Source of the DNA: Nitrososphaerota archaeon
Lineage (GTDB): Archaea > Thermoproteota > Nitrososphaeria > Conexivisphaerales > UBA164
Direction: 5' to 3'
Length of the DNA: 64,000 nt
Assembly: GCA_009903795.1 (NCBI GenBank)
Contig: WYER01000031.1
Span: 40,080 to 104,079 of the forward strand
Of this stretch, positions 17,920 through 23,935 are shown piece after piece. The stretch's first letter is position 1. Each line of letters starts with the position of its first letter. Below the pieces are notes generated by a model. That model was not told the DNA's origin and did no database searches. It saw only the letters and a list, made by a program, of their open reading frames with translations. Made by a program: the position numbers and the translations under genes.

Positions 17920-19167
17920 GTGAACGCTTTAGGAGGCGACACTTACCTTTTTGCTGAAATAGACGGGAAATATGGAGTCTTCACATTGAAAGAACTGTAT
18001 GAACTGCATAATCAAGTGCATAAAATTAGAGTGCCGACTCTTTTGAATGAAAGAGGAGAGAAAACTTGGGTCGAAGTCGAAGGCGTGGTAAGTTTCGGAA
18101 TGCAACCTTTGAAACGAATAACGCTTTCTAGATCGAGGCTTTATACAGAAGCTTCTGAAAATACAACAATTCCCGCATACAGCCCTAATCTTTTTTCAGG
18201 AATAGAAGAACAAATAAAAATGAGGTTAAAATCTGTGAACGAGTTGAACGTCACACAAGACCACAGATACAACGATACTTTCTTGCTTACAATGCGTTTT
18301 CCTTTAAATTTGCCTGAAGGGGATCAAACTGATTGGGAGTATGGTTTTACGCTTGGATTCTTTTTAAGTGAAGGAAATTTAGAATACAGAAAGCACAAAA
18401 ATACGAAACAATCTTTAGCAACTTTAAACGGTTTAGCAAGAAAAAAAGGAATGACACTCGAGGAATACTTGAATTACATGACAGATATACAACGGGTGTC
18501 TCTAGCAATCGGGCGGTCAGATTTTGAACGCGGGTATGTGGGTATACTAAAAAAGCATTTCAAGTTTACGACATTTCGCAAAGTTAGTGAAAACGGTTAC
18601 GAGATTTTCTCATCTGATTTGTCTTTAATTCATATGATTAAAAATTATACGGAAGGAGAAACTTCTCATAACAAACACGTAAAGAATGAAGTGTACAATC
18701 GATCGTGGAAATTTTTAGAAGGAATATTAGACGGCTTCTTAGCAGGCGATGGAAGTTTTCATAAGAATGCGGATTTATTTCAAGTCGGAATTACAACGAA
18801 CTACCGTCTTTATAATGATCTCATTTTTCTTTCAAAAACTTTAGGATATGATATTCATTTACATAATGGACGTTTTACAAAAAGTCCCGCTGGCAAGCTT
18901 TTTTATGAATTAAGTTTATCCATCTCAAAAAACTGGCACAGGCATTCAGCTTTGGGTTTAGTTCGTGAGCATATTAAAAAGATTGAGGATGTAGGCGAGA
19001 AGGAGGCTTTTAATTTAGTTTTGAAGCCTTTGTATCCTGAAAACGATAGGCGTGCAAAGTTTAATCATTTGTTTTTTACTGCTTTTGGAATTTTGGTTTC
19101 GGATGCTGTGAAGGTTTTGGATCGGAGTGTTTTGAATTTTTCTTTGCCTGTGCTTGTTTCGGAGTGA
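17920..19167 (+). CDS. free-standing intein-like protein: Hint blocks plus LAGLIDADG endonuclease, splicing residues replaced
   Basis: MN-ALGGDTYLF (block A, with Ala where Cys1 is expected). LAGLIDADG blocks LGFFLSEGN and LDGFLAGDGSF. C-terminal block FFTAFGILVSD-A (expected VHN followed by C/S/T). GTG start 20 nt after a T/A box. Confidence 0.65.
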   Translation: MNALGGDTYLFAEIDGKYGVFTLKELYELHNQVHKIRVPTLLNERGEKTWVEVEGVVSFGMQPLKRITLSRSRLYTEASENTTIPAYSPNLFSGIEEQIKMRLKSVNELNVTQDHRYNDTFLLTMRFPLNLPEGDQTDWEYGFTLGFFLSEGNLEYRKHKNTKQSLATLNGLARKKGMTLEEYLNYMTDIQRVSLAIGRSDFERGYVGILKKHFKFTTFRKVSENGYEIFSSDLSLIHMIKNYTEGETSHNKHVKNEVYNRSWKFLEGILDGFLAGDGSFHKNADLFQVGITTNYRLYNDLIFLSKTLGYDIHLHNGRFTKSPAGKLFYELSLSISKNWHRHSALGLVREHIKKIEDVGEKEAFNLVLKPLYPENDRRAKFNHLFFTAFGILVSDAVKVLDRSVLNFSLPVLVSE

Positions 19168-19180
19168 GTGGCGTCTATTT

Positions 19181-19245
19181 TTTGATTATTTTTCAAAATT
19201 TTGACATTATTTCAGATTTATGGCTCGATTCAAAGGCAAAATTCG
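19181..19245 (+). promoter_or_regulatory. 3 x 19 bp iteron array (copy A) upstream of gene 19270
   Basis: tgattatttttcaaaattt / tgacattatttcagattta / tggctcgattcaaaggcaa, directly followed by gtttttaaag and the ATG at 19270. Confidence 0.6.
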
Positions 19246-19269
19246 AGTTTTTAAAGAAACTTTGCATTA

Positions 19270-19725
19270 ATGGGTACAATGTTAGACAGAGCATTTCGAA
19301 TGTGGTTAGTAGTTGAAAATGAACAGGACAAAAAATGGATGGAAGACGTAAAGAAAAAAACGTTAGACATCCATCCGTACAAGTCTTTGAAAATAAAATT
19401 CAAACACCTTAAGCCGTTTTTAACATTTAATTATTTGCAAATAGGATATCTCGGGAACAATGAAGATGCAATGCTTTCTGGCTTCAAGTACATTAATGGA
19501 GATAAGTATCAGTTATGCAATTTCAAGCCTGAAACGACAATTAATATGATGTACTTTAAGCCTTTCTGGAAACAGTTAACAAAAAATTTCAAAATTCATT
19601 CTAAAACCGACATAACAATACATTATTATCAAAACGAGCCTGTCTGGTTTGAAGTTTCGCAATTCGATGAAAACGGGAATGAAGAAAAGCGCATCGGAAT
19701 TATTTTGCCGTCAACGTATTACTGA
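19270..19725 (+). CDS. hypothetical protein (paralog of 19858-20292)
   Basis: 151 aa. Shares W(L)(V/A)(V/I)E.E.DKK..E..K.KTLD..PYK and an EPVWFEV/QPVWVEV C-terminal motif with the neighbouring gene. Confidence 0.45.
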   Translation: MGTMLDRAFRMWLVVENEQDKKWMEDVKKKTLDIHPYKSLKIKFKHLKPFLTFNYLQIGYLGNNEDAMLSGFKYINGDKYQLCNFKPETTINMMYFKPFWKQLTKNFKIHSKTDITIHYYQNEPVWFEVSQFDENGNEEKRIGIILPSTYY

Positions 19726-19726
19726 A

Positions 19727-19792
19727 CGATTTTTCGCGATTTTTTATTTATTTTTTTGGTTTTTCAAAACGCTTAGTTTAGAGTATCGTTTC
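19727..19792 (+). terminator. shared terminator-like cassette T1
   Basis: cgatttttcgcgattttttatttatttttttggtttttcaaaacgcttagtttagag. Confidence 0.5.
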
Positions 19793-19857
19793 TTCGTTTT
19801 TTAAGAGATCTTTGTATTACAGGTTACAATGACTGAGACAAACGTAGGTGAGAAAAA

Positions 19858-20292
19858 ATGTTAGATCCAGCCCATATTTGGTTGGCAATTGAGACTGAAG
19901 AGGATAAGAAACGAGCAGAAGAGATTAAACAAAAAACCCTAGATGTGCTTCCATACAAAACAATAGAAAAAGAATACAATATGCTTAAACAATATCTAGT
20001 TCTTCATGAGCTTCAAATAGGACGCATAGAAGGAAAAAATTACGACATAATAGCAGGTGAGCTTGAAATCGACGGTTTAGTCTTTAAAGTAAACGGATTC
20101 ATTCCAACAGTTACATTAGGTGCAGATCATTTCAAAAGGTTATTAGAATATCTAACTAAAGACATTCATCCTAAGCGCTTTGTAAAAGTAAAAATAATGT
20201 ACTGTTGCAAAGATCAACCAGTATGGGTAGAAGTCAGAGGACGTTATGGAGAGACCGCCATAGGAGTGATTGCACCTAAAAGAAAAGACTGA
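19858..20292 (+). CDS. hypothetical protein (paralog of 19270-19725)
   Basis: 144 aa. ggtgag 7 nt upstream of the ATG (SD-like). Confidence 0.45.
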   Translation: MLDPAHIWLAIETEEDKKRAEEIKQKTLDVLPYKTIEKEYNMLKQYLVLHELQIGRIEGKNYDIIAGELEIDGLVFKVNGFIPTVTLGADHFKRLLEYLTKDIHPKRFVKVKIMYCCKDQPVWVEVRGRYGETAIGVIAPKRKD

Positions 20293-20324
20293 ACAGAAAG
20301 GTAATTAAAAAAGAAATTGCTTAG

Positions 20325-20396
20325 AATTTCGCGAATTTTTCCCTTATTTTTTTTTGGTTTTTATTTTATTCTTTCCTTAGCTTAGAGTATTGTTTT
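20325..20396 (+). terminator. shared terminator-like cassette T2
   Basis: gaatttcgcgaatttttcccttatttttttttggtttttattttattctttccttagcttagag. Confidence 0.5.
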
Positions 20397-20520
20397 TCAA
20401 GCATTGCATTATTGTGGTCGTTATAAAAGTGATGCTTGAATATTCTGTCTTTAAGGAATATGAATGTTATATTGCAAATGAAAGTATGCATTTGTTAGTT
20501 TTATGATAAAAAAGTGAATT

Positions 20521-20583
20521 CTCTTTTCTGACGATTTTTCACAAATTAGACGCAATTTCAGATTTTCGACCCGATTCAAAAAG
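20521..20583 (+). promoter_or_regulatory. 3 x 19 bp iteron array (copy B) upstream of gene 20657
   Basis: ctcttttc tgacgatttttcacaaatt / agacgcaatttcagatttt / cgacccgattcaaaaagaa. Confidence 0.6.
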
Positions 20584-20656
20584 AACAGGGCTTTGCTTAG
20601 GGTTTAGAAGGTTCAAAGCCTCTCGGGGTTTTTAAATAACTTTTACATCATCCAGC

Positions 20657-21040
20657 GTGAGGGCAACAAGCCTTGAACTCGATCTAAAAGCAAAATCAAG
20701 AGCCTTAGCTGTCCGACTTTATAGAGAAAAAGGCATTCCTTCTCATATAATTGCGCAAGCTTTTAGGGAAAACGGTATTCCTATTTCGACGAAGACTGTG
20801 TTGAAAGCAGTGAGGCTCGCGACTAATGGCTCAGGGGTTCGAGGCTTCGATCCTTTTCACGGAAGGCAGACTTATAAGTGGACAAAGTTTTTGGGAAAGT
20901 ATAGGAATTGGAAAATAATAGGAAAAATAACTGCTCCTCTGCAACGCATTATGGAAGCCTTCTGGAAGTGGTTCGCGTACTCGAGGCTCTACGGAATCTT
21001 CGATCTCGATGCTGTAATGAGAGGTGAGCGCCCGCCCTAG
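20657..21040 (+). CDS. hypothetical protein, possible HTH
   Basis: 127 aa. GTG start 20 nt after ggtttttaaat. GIPSHIIAQAF..GIPISTKTVLKAV resembles an HTH (weak). Confidence 0.35.
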   Translation: MRATSLELDLKAKSRALAVRLYREKGIPSHIIAQAFRENGIPISTKTVLKAVRLATNGSGVRGFDPFHGRQTYKWTKFLGKYRNWKIIGKITAPLQRIMEAFWKWFAYSRLYGIFDLDAVMRGERPP

Positions 21041-21065
21041 GGGGATCCTCTAAAGCCCCCGTCGA

Positions 21066-21125
21066 CCCGAAAAATTCTTTTTCTTTTTTCATCGGTTTTT
21101 TGATTTCTTTTCCTTAGTTTAAAGG
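21066..21125 (+). terminator. shared terminator-like cassette T3 (divergent)
   Basis: cccgaaaaattctttttcttttttcatcggttttttgatttcttttccttagtttaaag. Confidence 0.35.
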
Positions 21126-21260
21126 ATGGATGGATTTTTTCTTTGAATGTATGTTTTATTACATTCATGTCATTTTTTTAACAGTTCACAATTGTTAGGT
21201 AAGGTTTCTTATTTTTCCTATTTTATAAAAAATTCATAACTCAAGCTAGCGCGCGTGAAG

Positions 21261-21300
21261 ATCTAAAAAAATAAAAAATAAATAAAAAATTCGCGCATAT
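21261..21300 (-). terminator. shared terminator-like cassette T4
   Basis: On the gene strand: gcgcgaattttttatttattttttatttttttagat, immediately after the stop of 21307-21513. Confidence 0.45.
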
Positions 21301-21306
21301 TTTCGC

Positions 21307-21513
21307 CTAAGTGAATGGATCAGGTAGGTAAAACTTGCAGATTTTCGCGAGGTTTTCAGGTTTGAAGGGCTGAAACTTTTGTGCATTTTCGGGCAATGTG
21401 ACGATTTGCTGAACGGCTCTAAAATATTCACAGACAGGAAAATGAGAACATTTGAAACACGAAATTTCCCGCAGAACGTTCTGTGCTTCCTTTTCTTCCT
21501 CTATCTGAACCAT
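21307..21513 (-). CDS. small Cys-containing protein
   Basis: 68 aa, with CFKCSHFPVC. T/A box and iteron array C lie upstream. Confidence 0.4.
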   Translation of the reverse strand: MVQIEEEKEAQNVLREISCFKCSHFPVCEYFRAVQQIVTLPENAQKFQPFKPENLAKICKFYLPDPFT

Positions 21514-21576
21514 TGCAAAAGAACGTGCGCTTTTCCTTTAAAAACCTCGTGCGAAGCGTTTTTGAAAATTTTGTTT

Positions 21577-21636
21577 TTGAATTAGGTCAGAATTGTGAAA
21601 ATAAGTCAAAATTTTGAAAAATTGTCAAAAAAGAGA
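21577..21636 (-). promoter_or_regulatory. 3 x 19 bp iteron array (copy C) upstream of gene 21513(-)
   Basis: On the gene strand: ctcttttt tgacaatttttcaaaattt / tgacttattttcacaattc / tgacctaattcaaaaacaa. Confidence 0.6.
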
Positions 21637-21671
21637 ATCAACATTCCCTTTAGAAAAACGCAAAAGCGAAC

Positions 21672-21732
21672 CTCCAAGCTAAGTGAAAATAAAAAAATCA
21701 AAAAAATAATAAAGAAAAAATCGCGAAATTCA
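21672..21732 (-). terminator. shared terminator-like cassette T5
   Basis: On the gene strand: gaatttcgcgattttttctttattatttttttgatttttttattttcacttagcttggag. Confidence 0.45.
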
Positions 21733-22551
21733 AGAAGTTTGTGCTTCTTGTTCTCTTATGAATTCTTCGAAGATTTTAGTTGCTTTTAGTGACCAGTCAA
21801 ACCTCGTGCTTGTCTTGAGTTTCCTGTGTGATATTTGATAGGTTATGTCATTGTACGCTTCCCACAAATTCTTCGGGACAAAGTTTTGAACGACCTTCTT
21901 TTTTCCGAGAGCTACTACGTCCTTAATGATAGGCGCAGGGAATGTTCTTGCTAAGATCTCGGCTAATTGCTGGTTGACTTTGTATTGTTTGAATTGTCTG
22001 AAGAGCTCAAGCTTTTGTTCAAACGTGTCCTGTAAAAGTTTTGCTTTTTCTAAGAATGATTCTTTCATCATTTCAACAATGTAGGACTTTTCGACGGTTG
22101 CAATTTTACTGTCTTCTGCACGCATAAGCCCGTTTGAGCAAACTAAACGAAGCAGTGAAACGTCTATCCTAAAATTACCGAGAACATTGTGGCGGACTCC
22201 AATTCCCCACGCGACTAAGTCCCCGACTTCTACCTCTCCTTTTATTTGCGATGAGATAAGGGTTGCCATGTATTTTATTCCGTCGTTGCTTTCTTCCTTT
22301 ATCTCCATGTTTAATTCTTTCGCGGCCTCGTGCGTTATATTTTTTGCAACTTCAGTCGGGACGGGGATAAAAGACCAGCTTTTCACGACGTTTTGCACTC
22401 CTTTTGGGGTAGGCAAAGAAACGATTTGATACCGCTTCGGCTTTCCTTCAAAACTCCCGTAATATTGCATTATCCCGTATTTTTCCCAATTTCTTTCAAC
22501 CTCTGTCACTTCAAAATGCATACTGTTTGAAATTATTTCTGCCTGTGTCAT
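21730..22551 (-). CDS. DUF932-like protein (phage/plasmid-associated family)
   Basis: 273 aa. LRLVCSNGLM resembles the R.VC.NG signature as I remember it for DUF932. Confidence 0.5.
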   Translation of the reverse strand: MTQAEIISNSMHFEVTEVERNWEKYGIMQYYGSFEGKPKRYQIVSLPTPKGVQNVVKSWSFIPVPTEVAKNITHEAAKELNMEIKEESNDGIKYMATLISSQIKGEVEVGDLVAWGIGVRHNVLGNFRIDVSLLRLVCSNGLMRAEDSKIATVEKSYIVEMMKESFLEKAKLLQDTFEQKLELFRQFKQYKVNQQLAEILARTFPAPIIKDVVALGKKKVVQNFVPKNLWEAYNDITYQISHRKLKTSTRFDWSLKATKIFEEFIREQEAQTS

Positions 22552-22646
22552 TGTAACCTAAAATAAGAACACCCTTTAAAAACCAAAAATTGCTTTCCGA
22601 GAACGCGTGCTTTCCTGACTTTTAAAGCAATTTTTCATTTCGTTTC

Positions 22647-23594
22647 GTGTTAGAAAGCAGGGTTCGTGAAAGCATTAAAATTTTGAAGGACGCATCTCGT
22701 TCCTACTCTTTACCGTGGGCTTTAGGCTTTTCAGGTGGAAAGGATTCAACAACGGCTCTTTCTCTCACTCTGAAAGCAAAAGAAGAAGGCGCGGAAATTT
22801 CAAAGCTTTACGTTATTTATGCGGACACGATGCTCGAACACCCTTTTCTTAGAAAAAAGTCTTTAGAAGCGCTCGAAAGCTTGAAAGCGTTTGAATGGCT
22901 CAAGGCTGTTGTAGTGAAAGCGAGGGAAGGAGAGGACTTCATTTCAATGATGGTTGACAAAGGATATCCTGCGCCTTCGATCTTCAATAGGTGGTGCATG
23001 GCGCGTTTGAAAATTTATCCCGTTCGCAGGTTTCTTAGACAGATAGGAAAGCGCGTAATGGTTTTGGGCGTTCGTTCTGACGAAAGCGCGAGAAGGAAAG
23101 CAACAATAGGAACGGAGCCTTTGATAGTGAAAAGGAACGAAATAGACGTGCGACCTTTGATTAAGTGGACAAAATTCGACGTTTTTGAATACTTGCTAAA
23201 CACGAAAAGGTGGGATGGAGAAAGTTTCGATTACGTGTTCGAGCTTTACGTTGAAGAATGCGGTTTCAACCCTGACGTTCCTTGCGGGACTTCTGACGTG
23301 CGCTTCGGTTGTTGGGTTTGCACTTTGGTTAATCAGGAAAAGATGCCTGTAAGCGAAACATTGAAGAAGGTGCGAGTAGGTCTTAAGGAAATTTCTTCAA
23401 AGCGCGAGAATAGAATTATAGACGAGAACGGAAACCCGAGGCGCTTGAATTTAGAAGGACGTAAGAAGGTTGCGGAGCTTTTTTTAGAGGCTTTAGAAAA
23501 GGAGCCTGAAGCTTTCGGTTACGACGTCGGGGCTTTGAAGAACAAGCTTGAGACGTTTTTAAAAGACGCGCGGGAAAAGACCCTTTCTCTCTGA
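22647..23594 (+). CDS. PAPS reductase-family PP-loop protein, DndC/IbrA-like
   Basis: LGFSGGKDSTTAL (PP-loop). C-terminal CGTSDVRFGCWVCT cysteine motif. GTG start 20 nt after cttttaaag. Confidence 0.6.
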   Translation: MLESRVRESIKILKDASRSYSLPWALGFSGGKDSTTALSLTLKAKEEGAEISKLYVIYADTMLEHPFLRKKSLEALESLKAFEWLKAVVVKAREGEDFISMMVDKGYPAPSIFNRWCMARLKIYPVRRFLRQIGKRVMVLGVRSDESARRKATIGTEPLIVKRNEIDVRPLIKWTKFDVFEYLLNTKRWDGESFDYVFELYVEECGFNPDVPCGTSDVRFGCWVCTLVNQEKMPVSETLKKVRVGLKEISSKRENRIIDENGNPRRLNLEGRKKVAELFLEALEKEPEAFGYDVGALKNKLETFLKDAREKTLSL

Positions 23595-23656
23595 GCGTTT
23601 TTGAGCAAAAGAGTTAGATTCCTGACGCAAAAAAAGTGCTAGGAAAAATGTGTTTC
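23587..23656 (+). repeat. inverted repeat, left arm (IR-L)
   Basis: ctctctgagcgtttttgagcaaaagagttagattcctgacgcaaaaaaagtgctaggaaaaatgtgtttc. About 59 of 70 positions match the reverse complement of 26217-26282 by hand alignment. Confidence 0.75.
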
Positions 23657-23687
23657 TCTTTTTAAAAGTGCGCAAGCCTGTTGTATA

Positions 23688-23822
23688 GTTTCGGTGCGGA
23701 ACAATGTTTCAGTGCGGAACTACGTTCTTTTCAAACCCCCTTTCCCCGAGCGGTTCTCCTCCTTTCGCGAAAGGTTAGAATGTTTCAAAGTTCCACACCG
23801 AAACTTTGTTTCGCTCTGAAAC
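23688..23822. promoter_or_regulatory. symmetric array of four ORB-like 15-mers around a 14 bp palindrome
   Basis: gtttcggtgcggaac (23688), gtttcagtgcggaac (23706), gttccacaccgaaac (23790, inverted), gtttcgctctgaaac (23808). 18 bp spacing within each pair. cctttcgcgaaagg at 23761-23774. Confidence 0.45.
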
Positions 23823-23848
23823 TGAAAAGCGTTCTTTGAAGCATTCTA

Positions 23849-23885
23849 ACAAAACGAACGAAAGCCTCTTCAAAGGCGCGGCGAA
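23849..23885 (+). repeat. solo IS left-end-like sequence
   Basis: acaaaacgaacgaaagcctc is identical to the IS left-end leader (20 nt). It is followed by a shortened hairpin-like ttcaaaggcgcgg. Confidence 0.5.
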
Positions 23886-23935
23886 GATCGGCAAAGCAAA
23901 CTTTCGGTTTTTATTTCTCTTTTGCACTCTCTTTC

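Noticed and set aside
21595-21789. 64 aa K-rich ORF on the plus strand
   Set aside because: It spans iteron array C and terminator cassette T5 and runs into the 3' end of the DUF932-like gene. The translation is low-complexity. It is most likely an artefact.
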